A stretch of DNA of 64,000 nt from Ilumatobacteraceae bacterium (GTDB lineage Bacteria > Actinomycetota > Acidimicrobiia > Acidimicrobiales > Ilumatobacteraceae): contig JBILAG010000001.1 in assembly GCA_044354345.1 (NCBI GenBank), positions 25,496 through 89,495 on the forward strand, read 5' to 3'. Position numbers and translations under genes: made by a program. Shown piece after piece: positions 36,385 through 46,096 of this stretch (the first letter of the stretch is position 1; every line of letters begins with the position of its first letter). A model generated the notes under the pieces. The model did no database searches. It had not been told where the DNA came from and was given only the letters and a program-made list of their open reading frames with translations.

Positions 36385-37719
36385 TTAGCTATTGCTGACG
36401 CTCGCCAGCACTTGTTTGCCGAGTGCTTTGACCGCACTTACTGCTGCGTTGTGATCAATTGTTAAACATTTGCGATCTCGCACAACTGTCTTGCCGTCAA
36501 CTACGACATGGAGTACATCAGCACGAGTAACTGATGTCGCAATAGTCGTATGTGGATTGAAGTTAGGTGTCAGCGAAGGCGAATCTGCATCAAGCACAAT
36601 CAAGTCTGCTCGCTTACCGACTTCAAGAGAGCCGATCAAATGATCTAGTTGCAATGCCCGTGCACCATTAATTGTTGCCATCCGGACGATGTCGAGTGCC
36701 GGCAATACAGCAGCATTTTTAGCAATAGTTTTTTGCATATAACCGGCCAGGCGAATCGCAATCCAAAGGTCAAGGTCGTTACCTGACGCAGGGCCATCGG
36801 TGCCAAGTGCAATATTGACGCCAGCCCTTTGCAGATCCAAAATTCGAGCAATGCCACTTGCGAGTTTAAAGTTTGATGCAGGGCAGTGAACAACCGTTGC
36901 TGAGTTGCTGGCGATGAGGGCGATGTCGTCATCGTTTAGGTGCACTCCGTGCGCGAGAACGCTTCGACGCAACAAATTTGTATCTGCAAGAACTTGAATT
37001 GGTGTTCGACCACCATGACGCTTCGCAACCAGTTGCATTTCGCCAACAGTTTCAGCCGCGTGCACATGAATGCGTGCCTCATGTTTTGCCGCCAATGCAG
37101 CGAGAGTGTTCAAGTGATCTTCGCCGAGCAAATATGTGCTGTGCGGAGCAACCCACCCAGTTGAACCAAGTTCGTCACGCGGGGCTTCAAGCCATTTTGT
37201 AGCCCATGCGAGACGCTCATCAAATGGCAGCGGCTCTGGGCCATCTGATTCTAAAAAGTTTGGACCAGTTTGAATTCGCATGCCGCTCGATTTAGCAACT
37301 TCTAGTGCCGCATCCGGCAAATAATACATGTCGAGCGAAGTCGTAATGCCACCAAGTAGAGATTCAAGAGCTGCAAGTTCTGTGGCCGCATGTACTGCGT
37401 CGTAGTTAAGAACTTTAATTTCGGCGGGCATTAGACGAGCAAGAAAATCTTCGAGACTCATGTCGTCGCCAAGCCCACGGAAGAGAGTCATGCCAAGATG
37501 AGCGTGAGTATTAATTAAACCTGGCATCACGATCGCCCCGCGAGCATCTATAACTTCAGTAGCAGTGTGCTCTAGTTTTCCGTTCGCAATTTCTCGAATT
37601 GCGCCGTCTGCGTCAACGACTAGTGAACCGTTTTCAATTACTGAGCCTTTTGTGTCGACAGTAACTATTTGTGCGTTAATAACTGCGATTCGGTCTTGAT
37701 TTGTGTTTCGGTCGCTCAT
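36385..37719 (-). CDS. Amidohydrolase-superfamily nucleoside/nucleobase deaminase (MTA/SAH- or adenosine-deaminase-like)
   Basis: 444 aa. PGLINTHAHLGMTLFRG metal motif and a later HAAE / HGVH / GTDG set. Confidence 0.65.
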   Translation of the reverse strand: MSDRNTNQDRIAVINAQIVTVDTKGSVIENGSLVVDADGAIREIANGKLEHTATEVIDARGAIVMPGLINTHAHLGMTLFRGLGDDMSLEDFLARLMPAEIKVLNYDAVHAATELAALESLLGGITTSLDMYYLPDAALEVAKSSGMRIQTGPNFLESDGPEPLPFDERLAWATKWLEAPRDELGSTGWVAPHSTYLLGEDHLNTLAALAAKHEARIHVHAAETVGEMQLVAKRHGGRTPIQVLADTNLLRRSVLAHGVHLNDDDIALIASNSATVVHCPASNFKLASGIARILDLQRAGVNIALGTDGPASGNDLDLWIAIRLAGYMQKTIAKNAAVLPALDIVRMATINGARALQLDHLIGSLEVGKRADLIVLDADSPSLTPNFNPHTTIATSVTRADVLHVVVDGKTVVRDRKCLTIDHNAAVSAVKALGKQVLASVSNS

Positions 37720-38564
37720 GATTTTTGGCTTTCAATGTCGATTTGTTTAAGGATGTTTGCTAGCAAACCGCCAACTCGAGTCGCTGATGCTTTGCCTATT
37801 GCTAGTACTTCTTCACCAGATAATTTTTCACCCGAGATCCCGGCTGCAAGATTTGTTGCAAGTGATAACGCAAGAACTTCCATGCCCATATGCCGAGCAG
37901 CGATTGTCTCCATCACAGTTGACATGCCGACCAGATCGGCACCCCAAATGCGCGCTGCGCGAATTTCTGCAGGCGTTTCAAAATGCGGACCATGGAATCC
38001 CATATAGACACCCTCATGCAAAGTTGAATCAACTTGATGCGCAATTTTTCGTAATCGCAAACTGTATGCATCAGTTAAATCAACAAATCGTCCATGTAAT
38101 GGTGCTGGCGCATCGGCGCCTGTCAATGGTGAAAAACCTGTCAGATTGATGTGGTCTGAAATTAGAGCTGTTGCACCAACGCCCCAATCTTGGCGTAAAC
38201 ATCCCGCAGCGTTGGTCAACACGAGTGTCTTGCAACCAGCAAACGCTGCAGTTCGCACTGCGTGCACTACCGAATTAACTCCGTGACCTTCATAAAGATG
38301 TGTTCGACCAGTGAGCAATAGCACCTTGGATTTACCGACCAAAACACTTTTCAAAGATCCGCCATGGCCAATGGCCGAAGGCTTGGTAAAACTAGGAATT
38401 TCAGTTACGGATATTTCATTCGTTGCTTCAAGTACAGATGCCGCGTGTGCCCAACCAGAACCTAAAACGGCAAGAATGTCGTGCTTTGAACCGAACTTAT
38501 CAACAACAAAATCTGCGGCAACTTTGGCTAATTCGTATGGATTAGTTTCAGCCGCAGAATTCAT
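37716..38564 (-). CDS. Purine nucleoside phosphorylase (trimeric PNP/MTAP family)
   Basis: 282 aa. GRTHLYEG and VGMSTVMETIAA motifs. 4-nt overlap with the deaminase gene. Confidence 0.85.
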   Translation of the reverse strand: MNSAAETNPYELAKVAADFVVDKFGSKHDILAVLGSGWAHAASVLEATNEISVTEIPSFTKPSAIGHGGSLKSVLVGKSKVLLLTGRTHLYEGHGVNSVVHAVRTAAFAGCKTLVLTNAAGCLRQDWGVGATALISDHINLTGFSPLTGADAPAPLHGRFVDLTDAYSLRLRKIAHQVDSTLHEGVYMGFHGPHFETPAEIRAARIWGADLVGMSTVMETIAARHMGMEVLALSLATNLAAGISGEKLSGEEVLAIGKASATRVGGLLANILKQIDIESQKS

Positions 38565-38597
38565 GACTAAATGCTATGCCGATCTACTGACTTTGAC

Positions 38598-39185
38598 TTA
38601 TTTTGGAGTGCCTTCAAGTTCGTACAACACGATGGTGCTTGATTTTGCCACCCACAAACCAGCGCCTGCCTGCGTGAAATATTTTTTAAGTTCGTTGAAG
38701 TACCAAATACCAGTACGTGAATAAATCTCAAAATCAGTTACATCACGATCAACAGTATTTCTTAAGTCGCTCTTCGTCGGTACCTCAAAAAATAAAACAT
38801 GTTTCGTCGCCTTCGCCAAATTCTTAATCGCAGACCTGGCATCCTGTTCGTCGAGGTACTGCAACACACTTTGACAAATTACGAGATCAAATTTTCTATT
38901 CGGCGCCCAAGAACTGATATCACGAAGGTCATGACCATATTTCTTGCAGGCGTGTTCGCTGATGTCTACTGACACAACTTTTGTGCGTTCGTAATTCTTG
39001 CGGTACCAGTCACTCCAATATCCGACACCTGCGCCAACGTCTAAAACTGATCGCACTTGAATATCCCACCAATTGCAAAACTGATGCACACCAGATGCGA
39101 GCGTTTCAATCTTTCGACGCGAATGCATAGGCGTCGTTGAATAAAAGCGTTTAAAAAAACTTGCATCGAATTGCGATCTAGGCAC
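38598..39185 (-). CDS. Class I SAM-dependent methyltransferase
   Basis: 195 aa. VLDVGAGVGYW motif I and DLVICQSVLQYL. Confidence 0.65.
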   Translation of the reverse strand: MPRSQFDASFFKRFYSTTPMHSRRKIETLASGVHQFCNWWDIQVRSVLDVGAGVGYWSDWYRKNYERTKVVSVDISEHACKKYGHDLRDISSWAPNRKFDLVICQSVLQYLDEQDARSAIKNLAKATKHVLFFEVPTKSDLRNTVDRDVTDFEIYSRTGIWYFNELKKYFTQAGAGLWVAKSSTIVLYELEGTPK

Positions 39186-39254
39186 CTGTGTTGTGTATCA
39201 GGTTTATGAGTAGCCTTGCCACACGAGAAATAACCCAAGTAGAAATGAGACAAA

Positions 39255-39743
39255 ATGTCGGTCTATGACACAAAAATTGCTGGTTTGACTGGCGTGAATG
39301 ATCTGCTGAGTTCGCTAAAAGGCTCAGTAACGCTCGTCGTAAACGTAGCCTCTAAGTGCGGTTTGACTCCGCAATATACGGGTCTTGAGGCGCTGCAGAA
39401 AGAATTTGCGGCACAAGGTTTCACTGTGTTGGGCGTGCCGTGCAACCAGTTCGGCGCTCAAGAACCAGGCTCGGCGAGCGAGATCGAGACTTTTTGTTCA
39501 ACAAATTATGGCGTTACTTTTCCGATGTCCGAAAAAGTTGAAGTTAACGGCGCAGACCGTCACGCTTTATACCAAACGCTTACGCAAGTTACAGACGGCG
39601 AGGGTCACTCGGGCGACATTCGCTGGAACTTTGAAAAGTTTTTGGTTAGCAGAGATGGCGCAGTTGTTTCAAGGTTTAAGCCGCAAACAACACCTGACTC
39701 AGCAGAAGTTATGGCTGCAATCAAAGATCAGCTCGCCAAATAA
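39255..39743 (+). CDS. Glutathione peroxidase (Cys type)
   Basis: 162 aa. VNVASKCGLTPQY, FPCNQF-like VPCNQFG and WNFEKFLV. Confidence 0.85.
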   Translation: MSVYDTKIAGLTGVNDLLSSLKGSVTLVVNVASKCGLTPQYTGLEALQKEFAAQGFTVLGVPCNQFGAQEPGSASEIETFCSTNYGVTFPMSEKVEVNGADRHALYQTLTQVTDGEGHSGDIRWNFEKFLVSRDGAVVSRFKPQTTPDSAEVMAAIKDQLAK

Positions 39744-39745
39744 GT

Positions 39746-40618
39746 ATGGCAAAAGTTACTGTCGCTGCTTTGCAGATGTCGATGTCAACTGAAGCTGCTG
39801 AAAATATTGCAACTGCTGAACGACTTGTACGAAGCGCAGCAAAACAGGGCGCACAAATTATTTTGATCCCAGAACTATTTGAGGGTCATTATTTTTGCAA
39901 AGATCAAACAACGCAAGACCTGAACCGTGCGATTGAGATGTCTTCGCATCCGACGGTGGCACATTTTGCCAAGGTTGCAAAAGAACTTAGTGTTGTTTTG
40001 CCGATTAGCGTTTATGAACGGGCTAATAACTCGTTATTTAATTCGGTAGCGATAGTTGATGCGGATGGCAAAGTGCTTGGCACATATCGCAAGAGCCATA
40101 TTCCAGATGGGCCGGGATATAACGAAAAGTTTTATTTCAGTCCTGGTGACACAGGCTTCAAAGTTTGGCAAACCAAGTATGCGAAAATTGGTGTTGGCAT
40201 CTGTTGGGATCAATGGTTTCCAGAGGCTGCGCGGGTGATGACATTGCGTGGTGCAGATATTTTGTTGTATCCAACCGCTATTGGTAGCGAACCATCAAAT
40301 CCTGAACTTGATTCTTCCGGTCATTGGCAGCGAGCGATGCAAGGCCACGCGGCAAGTAACTTGACGCCAGTTATGGCCGCCAATCGCACAGGGCGCGAAG
40401 TTGGTCGTGCGACAGAGATCACTTTTTACGGATGTTCATTTATTTGTGACGCAACTGGAGCAAAAGTTGCTGAAGCAAATCGAACTGAAGAAACTGTATT
40501 GCTGGCGACTTTTGATCTTGAAGTACAGAAACTTGCACGAACTTTTTGGGGATTATTTCGTGATCGTAGACCTGAGTTATATAAGCCGTTAATGACTCTA
40601 GACGGCTTTGACGCGTGA
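39746..40618 (+). CDS. aguB: N-carbamoylputrescine amidase (carbon-nitrogen hydrolase)
   Basis: 290 aa. Nitrilase-superfamily catalytic Cys context GVGICWDQWFPE. Directly coupled to agmatine deiminase. Confidence 0.8.
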   Translation: MAKVTVAALQMSMSTEAAENIATAERLVRSAAKQGAQIILIPELFEGHYFCKDQTTQDLNRAIEMSSHPTVAHFAKVAKELSVVLPISVYERANNSLFNSVAIVDADGKVLGTYRKSHIPDGPGYNEKFYFSPGDTGFKVWQTKYAKIGVGICWDQWFPEAARVMTLRGADILLYPTAIGSEPSNPELDSSGHWQRAMQGHAASNLTPVMAANRTGREVGRATEITFYGCSFICDATGAKVAEANRTEETVLLATFDLEVQKLARTFWGLFRDRRPELYKPLMTLDGFDA

Positions 40619-41589
40619 GCATGCCCGCCGAGTTTGCTCGGCATGAACGAACCGTTATTTGTTGGCCAGCAAGAAGTGAGATTTACGGTCTGCGCCTTGC
40701 TGAAGCGCAAACTGCACATGCTGCTTTAGCAAACACGATTTCGGGTTACGAACCTGTGACGATGATTGTAAATCCAAGCGACGAATCAGCGGCACGCCGC
40801 GTTTGTGCAGAAAACGTGGATGTTGTCGCACTCGAAATTGATGACGCATGGTTTCGTGACTCTGGGCCGAATTATGTAATTGAAAATGGTGAACTGATCG
40901 CAACGTGTTGGCAATTCAACGGCTGGGGCGAAAAATTTGTGCCATTCGATAAAGATGCGACGATTGCGTCGCGTTGGGCCGCCCAAGCAGGTCATAAAAC
41001 GCGCAAAGTTGATATGGTTCTTGAAGGTGGGTCATTAAATGTTGACGGTGCTGGAACGCTAATCACAACTGAGCAATGTTTGCTCAACCCGAATCGCAAT
41101 CCGAAACTTTCGCGTGAGCAGATCACAGAACGACTTTGTCGAGAACTCGGCCAGCGCCAAGTTGTATGGCTGCCATTCGGTCTTGCTCTTGACGACGACA
41201 CCGACGGTCATGTCGATAATGTCGCTTCATTCATCGGGCCAAAGACTGTGATCATGCAGGGTTGCGACGATAAAAGCGAGCCAGATTTCGCGCGCTGTGC
41301 GGCAAATATTGCAGTAGCGAAAGACGCAGGGTTAACCGTGCACGAGATACCAGTTTTGCCGTTCGTCGTAACTGATGGGGTGCGAGCAGTTGTGCCATAT
41401 TTAAATTTTTATATCTGCAACGATGCAGTTATCGTGCCGGTATGTGGACACGATGCTGACAACGAAATGCTTGCGCTACTTGGTGAATACATTCCTGATC
41501 GGGATATTGTCGGGCTAAAAATCGGCGCAATACTTGCGCATGGTGGTGGCGGTATTCATTGCATCACTCAACAAGTGCCGGCGATTTAG
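40615..41589 (+). CDS. aguA: Agmatine deiminase
   Basis: 324 aa. C-terminal GGGIHCITQQ catalytic Cys motif of the PAD_porph family. Overlaps the aguB stop. Confidence 0.8.
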   Translation: MSMPAEFARHERTVICWPARSEIYGLRLAEAQTAHAALANTISGYEPVTMIVNPSDESAARRVCAENVDVVALEIDDAWFRDSGPNYVIENGELIATCWQFNGWGEKFVPFDKDATIASRWAAQAGHKTRKVDMVLEGGSLNVDGAGTLITTEQCLLNPNRNPKLSREQITERLCRELGQRQVVWLPFGLALDDDTDGHVDNVASFIGPKTVIMQGCDDKSEPDFARCAANIAVAKDAGLTVHEIPVLPFVVTDGVRAVVPYLNFYICNDAVIVPVCGHDADNEMLALLGEYIPDRDIVGLKIGAILAHGGGGIHCITQQVPAI

Positions 41590-41609
41590 CTAATTTGCTA
41601 ATCGATTAA

Positions 41610-42476
41610 CTAGTCAATTAATGCGTCGCTTCGCACTCGGCGTTGTTCTGCTTCTTCGTGGGCTGCGAGTACTCGCCCAAATAGTTGACGGGTTCGTTCG
41701 ACGCGACCGATAACTCCTGGCTCGGCGGTGTAAGCAAAGATCGCAGCATGACGGGGCTTTGATGTTGTCGGAACACGAGTAACACGATGCAACGAATGTC
41801 GACCACGAAAAATTTGTAAATCGCCAGCGTGAAGCTCAAGAGTTTTAACTTCTGAGCGGTCATCCTCAAGAACTTTTTGAATTCGCTCAAATGATTCATC
41901 ATCTGGGGTTCGAATCATTGGAACATATTCAAATAATCCACCTTCGTCTGCTTCGTCGATCATCGCAGTCACTGCAAATTCATTTGTGTCAAAGTGCCAA
42001 GCAAATTGTTGACCAGGGTTAAGAATATTTGCAGTCAAACCTGCCAGAGGGTCTGCATAACAGTAAACAGAATCTGTCTCAAGACAATCTCTAATAAATG
42101 CTGTCAATGCGTCACTACGAAACAGCACGTCTATTGCCAGCGATGCATCCCAAGAATCTCCAGGAATAAAACCACTTGAGCGCTCGGTGAATGTGTTGAC
42201 CGGATGGTGGTCAGGGTAATCAGGGTTTTTTGTTGAATGAAAATATGGATTCATGCTCGACGTCGAAAAGTGAGTTGTCTGTTTGCGCGCGATGATTTCT
42301 TGGCTAATAATTTTCACGGCAGTCGGCCGAAGCAGATTTTTAATTACTGCACAACCGTCGTGTTGCAATTGTTCGCGCGCATGAGATAATGCAACTTTGT
42401 ATTTAGGGCTCGCAGTTTCGTCAAGCGGATAGACGTTGAAATCAACAAGATCGTCAACGCGATACAAACGAGTCAT
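41610..42476 (-). CDS. Putative Fe(II)/2-oxoglutarate-dependent oxygenase
   Basis: Track ORF extends to 42620 and would overlap the upstream gene by 131 nt. The ATG at 42476 (MTRLYRVDD) removes the overlap. WHFDTNE (HxD) and a distal RHSLHRV His. Confidence 0.5.
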   Translation of the reverse strand: MTRLYRVDDLVDFNVYPLDETASPKYKVALSHAREQLQHDGCAVIKNLLRPTAVKIISQEIIARKQTTHFSTSSMNPYFHSTKNPDYPDHHPVNTFTERSSGFIPGDSWDASLAIDVLFRSDALTAFIRDCLETDSVYCYADPLAGLTANILNPGQQFAWHFDTNEFAVTAMIDEADEGGLFEYVPMIRTPDDESFERIQKVLEDDRSEVKTLELHAGDLQIFRGRHSLHRVTRVPTTSKPRHAAIFAYTAEPGVIGRVERTRQLFGRVLAAHEEAEQRRVRSDALID

Positions 42477-42489
42477 CTTGTGGTGCAGT

Positions 42490-43395
42490 TCATGATTCCC
42501 AGGGTGGTGTCCAGTCACCTTCAAGTCGCATTGAAATTTTCGCATCATCTTCGATTCGTTTGGCCACATGCAACTCGGCTGCGTTGGCACCGTAACGTTC
42601 GCTAGCAATCGTAAATGCATGCACTGCAGCAGCAGTCATTGGTAGATCTGCGTTGACTTGTTTGCCAAGTTCGCGAATTAGACCCAAATCTTTTAAGCAA
42701 AGTTCAAGCGAGAAAGACGGGTCGTAGTGACCTGCAAATATTGAAGGCGCATCGTGCCGCGCTACAAAACTGTCGCCAACACTTTCTTTAATGGCACCCC
42801 AGAGCGTGCCAAGTTCAACTCCGTTAGCGATGCCAGTTGCAAAGCCTTCGCCGATTGCGGCGGCTGCGATGAACCAAAGTTGATTTGTTACAAGTTTGAC
42901 GACATTGCCCGTGCCGAGCGGGCCACAATAAATAACAAGACCAAGATTTTCTAATATCGGCTTGACGCGGTCAAGACTTTGCTTTTCACCACCGACAAAT
43001 AATGTCAATTTTCCATTTCGCGCACCGTCAACTGCGCCAGTTACGGGTGAATCTAAAACCGAAACGCCTGTTGGAGCTTTGCTCGCCAACTCGATTATTA
43101 ACTCTTTTCGGTTGGTCGTCAGGTCAACCCAGATTGCGCCGTGTTTGAGACTCTGCAATGCATCATTATCAAGCATGACTTTTTCGACATGTTCTGGTCG
43201 GGGCAGAGAGGTGAACAACACATCAACTTGAGACGCACACTCGGCAACTAATTTTGACGCAGTGGCGCCGTGGTTAACGGCGATTGTTAAAGCGCCAGAG
43301 TTGATATCAAAAACTTTTACACTCAGCCCGGCAGCAAGCAAACGCTTACACATCGGTAATCCCATATTTCCAAGTCCAATGAATCCAATGTTCAT
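42490..43395 (-). CDS. 3-hydroxyisobutyrate-dehydrogenase-family beta-hydroxyacid dehydrogenase
   Basis: 301 aa. MNIGFIGLGNMGLPM Rossmann N-terminus and a GTGNVVKLVTNQL-type motif. Confidence 0.8.
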   Translation of the reverse strand: MNIGFIGLGNMGLPMCKRLLAAGLSVKVFDINSGALTIAVNHGATASKLVAECASQVDVLFTSLPRPEHVEKVMLDNDALQSLKHGAIWVDLTTNRKELIIELASKAPTGVSVLDSPVTGAVDGARNGKLTLFVGGEKQSLDRVKPILENLGLVIYCGPLGTGNVVKLVTNQLWFIAAAAIGEGFATGIANGVELGTLWGAIKESVGDSFVARHDAPSIFAGHYDPSFSLELCLKDLGLIRELGKQVNADLPMTAAAVHAFTIASERYGANAAELHVAKRIEDDAKISMRLEGDWTPPWES

Positions 43396-43411
43396 TAACG
43401 CAGATTAGTTG

Positions 43412-44962
43412 CTAAACAGGTGCATCCATTGTGCGTAACGGCAAAACTTGCGCAGGCAGGTTGGCCCACATATCGCTGAGTAAATCATCGCGCAATGACC
43501 GCACCGAATCGTCGTTCCAACGATTGACATGTTGCAATGGATCATTAGCCAAGTCGTATAGTTCACCCTCGCCAGCCTTATTCATCGTGCCGTCAAGCGC
43601 AGCAGTGCATACCCAATTGTCACGACAAATTGTTCGTAGGTGAACCAGTTTTCCGAACAACACACTGTCCCATTCTGTGAGCACGCGTTCGTGGCCGAGT
43701 TTCTCGGCGTCGGCATTATCGACTGGCAACCTTGGTGCTTCTGTATACGAAGGTTTTTCAAGTCCGGCGATATGTGCGAATGTTGCAGCAAGTGAAACTA
43801 ATCCAACTGGTGCACTAACTCGTGCTGGAGCAGTCATGGCACTCGGCGCTGGTCGCCAAATAAGTGGCAAGCGCATCAACGAATCAACATGATATGGACC
43901 TTTGAATAGCAAACCGAAGTCACCTTGAAACTCGCCGTGATCAGTTGTGTAAACCACATCAAGATCATTCGTCCAACCCCGAGCATTGATCGCACCGAGC
44001 ACGTCACCGATCGCTTCGTCTATCAATTCGTTTTCAACATGAGTGAACGCATTTACTTCGCGAACTTGGTCTTCGGTCAATGTGGCAGGAACCCAATGTG
44101 CCGGCGCTTCATAATTTGAAACAAAAGTGCCGTCGTACCAACCACGCCAATGACGCAGTTTGTCGTCGAGAATTTTTTCGCGTTTTGATTTATCTGAGAC
44201 GTAGCCATCTGGCAAGTCAAGATCGCGCCACGGCACGCGGTGCAACTCTGATGCTGGAGGATCCCATGGATGATGTGGATCTGGAAAACTCATCCAACAA
44301 AACCAATCTTTGTCAGCAGGCAACGAGTTCAACCAGCTAATTGTTTGTTGTGCCACCCAATGCGTGTGATACCACTCAGTTGGAATCGGATTAATTTTTA
44401 GTTGCGGCGCATTCGTATCGCCGCCACCTTGAGCGTTTACTTGCAATTCGTTGTCTAGAACTCTATAAAAACCTGTAATCGCCTCAGGGTGATTGTCGCG
44501 AACCCACTGTGAGTAATGCAATTGACCAACTGCGCCATGCGTTGACAACTCCATGTGATCAAAACCACGATGCGGATCAGCAGAGTTGTTAGTTGTTTGA
44601 CGCTCATTACCTAACCGATTTTCTGTAAATCGTAAGAACGGATCAAGCAATGGCTCGAAATGTGCTTTGCCGATCAGTGCAGTTGCGTAACCTACGTTGC
44701 GCAGATCGCTGGCAATACTCGGCGCGTCTTCAGGCAGCGGCACTCCGTTCATCCATACGCCGTGCGTGCTGACATGTTGGCCAGTGATCATTGTGCTTCG
44801 TGATGGCATGCACACAACATTTTGCGGATGCGCGCGATCAAATGTGATGCCAGATTTACTCAATGCATCAATATTTGGAGTTCGCGCAATTGCGCCACCG
44901 TTACAACCAAGCGCGTCGTAGCGCTGCTGGTCGGTAGTAATGAAAAGAATCTTGCGACCCAT
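43412..44962 (-). CDS. Cys-type sulfatase (formylglycine-dependent)
   Basis: 516 aa. LFITTDQQR and the sulfatase signature CMPSRSTMITG (C-x-P-x-R). Confidence 0.8.
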   Translation of the reverse strand: MGRKILFITTDQQRYDALGCNGGAIARTPNIDALSKSGITFDRAHPQNVVCMPSRSTMITGQHVSTHGVWMNGVPLPEDAPSIASDLRNVGYATALIGKAHFEPLLDPFLRFTENRLGNERQTTNNSADPHRGFDHMELSTHGAVGQLHYSQWVRDNHPEAITGFYRVLDNELQVNAQGGGDTNAPQLKINPIPTEWYHTHWVAQQTISWLNSLPADKDWFCWMSFPDPHHPWDPPASELHRVPWRDLDLPDGYVSDKSKREKILDDKLRHWRGWYDGTFVSNYEAPAHWVPATLTEDQVREVNAFTHVENELIDEAIGDVLGAINARGWTNDLDVVYTTDHGEFQGDFGLLFKGPYHVDSLMRLPLIWRPAPSAMTAPARVSAPVGLVSLAATFAHIAGLEKPSYTEAPRLPVDNADAEKLGHERVLTEWDSVLFGKLVHLRTICRDNWVCTAALDGTMNKAGEGELYDLANDPLQHVNRWNDDSVRSLRDDLLSDMWANLPAQVLPLRTMDAPV

Positions 44963-44964
44963 AG

Positions 44965-45354
44965 TTATTTACCGTCAAACATTTCTTTAACTTTCGCTAT
45001 GCCAACTCCAGCGGCACCACCGATTGGCAGTGCGAGCACTTCTGGATCCATGTCCGTTGAATACATCAACAAACAGCGATTCTCGCCATCAGGGATTACG
45101 TCAACCGTGCCGAGATGAAACTTGATCAGTGGGTTATTAACTATTTTGTATTGAAACCTGCGTAGGTCATGGTCAAGCGTGAGGATGTCTTCTTCAAAAA
45201 TAATGCCAGCAGCGAGAGTTATCCATCGTTTATTTCCTTCGACTCGGCATTCAGTAATTGGAAACCACTCATGCAGGCGTTCTGGTGCACCAACAAATGC
45301 CCAAACTGTGTCAGCGTTGCAGTCAACAAATGCGTGTCTTCGAACTGTGCCCAT
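44965..45354 (-). CDS. SRPBCC/START-like small ligand-binding protein
   Basis: 129 aa. The N-terminal pattern ..VDCNADTVWAFVGAPERLHEWFP is typical of the polyketide-cyclase/Bet v1-like fold. Confidence 0.5.
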   Translation of the reverse strand: MGTVRRHAFVDCNADTVWAFVGAPERLHEWFPITECRVEGNKRWITLAAGIIFEEDILTLDHDLRRFQYKIVNNPLIKFHLGTVDVIPDGENRCLLMYSTDMDPEVLALPIGGAAGVGIAKVKEMFDGK

Positions 45355-45372
45355 AGTGCTTATACCTTAACT

Positions 45373-45404
45373 AGTGCGCCGGTGAGGCCGCTATTCGGTG
45401 CACT
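45373..45404 (-). terminator. Possible stem-loop downstream of ung
   Basis: agtgcgccg ... cggtgcact gives a 9-bp stem with one mismatch, GC-rich, 10 nt after the ung stop. No clear U-tract. Confidence 0.3.
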
Positions 45405-45414
45405 GATCATCACG

Positions 45415-46086
45415 TTAATCAACGCGCCAATTAATTGGTTTTGAATTCGCTTCAACTAATGCACTATTGATTTTTGTAAACGGTCGAGAACCAATGAAGC
45501 CGTTATGAGCTGATAATGGTGACGGGTGTGCACTCTCGACGATGTGATGTTTTTCAGTATTGATTAATAGTTTTTTCTTTCGAGCAAACGCGCCCCATAA
45601 TACGAATACGACTGGGTGTGATTTGTTGTTAATGATACGAATGACTTCATCAGTGAACGTTTCCCAACCTAAACCTTGATGTGAACCAGCCTCACCAGCC
45701 CGAACTGTGAGCGTTGTGTTCAACATCAGTACACCTTGTTGCGCCCAATGATCAAGGTTGCCATGTTCGGCGATTTTCGCGTTTGGCGTGAAATCTAAAT
45801 CAGATTGCAGTTCTTTAAAAATATTTTTTAGTGATGGAGGTATTGCAACGTCGCTCTGCACAGAAAAACAAAGACCATGTGCCTGATTAACTCCGTGATA
45901 CGGGTCTTGACCAAGAATCACTACGCGCGTGTCGGCATAGCTAGTTAACTCAAATGCTCTGAAAACATTCTCATGTTGCGGATAGATAGTAAACAGTTTT
46001 CGTTGATCCGCAATAAAGCTTTGTAGTTTTTTAAAATAAGGCTTTTCGAACTCAGATTGAAGTAACGCGGCCCAATCAGCTTGCAT
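45415..46086 (-). CDS. ung: Uracil-DNA glycosylase (family 1)
   Basis: GQDPYHG and AHPSPLSA motifs. The ATG at 46086 (MQADWAALL) avoids overlap with kynA. The track ORF is extended to 46191. Confidence 0.85.
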   Translation of the reverse strand: MQADWAALLQSEFEKPYFKKLQSFIADQRKLFTIYPQHENVFRAFELTSYADTRVVILGQDPYHGVNQAHGLCFSVQSDVAIPPSLKNIFKELQSDLDFTPNAKIAEHGNLDHWAQQGVLMLNTTLTVRAGEAGSHQGLGWETFTDEVIRIINNKSHPVVFVLWGAFARKKKLLINTEKHHIVESAHPSPLSAHNGFIGSRPFTKINSALVEANSKPINWRVD

Positions 46087-46096
46087 CGTTAAGTTA

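Noticed and set aside
39255-39743. Possible selenocysteine-containing glutathione peroxidase
   Set aside because: The active-site codon is a normal Cys (VASKCGLT). There is no in-frame TGA and no SECIS-like hairpin.
42477-42620. N-terminal extensions in the longest-ORF calls (also 18993..19088, 46087..46191, 46913..47008, 55521..55586, 34330..34344 and 49342..49353)
   Set aside because: Each extension would overlap a neighbouring well-supported gene, or adds residues absent from the family N-terminus. In every case an internal ATG gives a clean junction.
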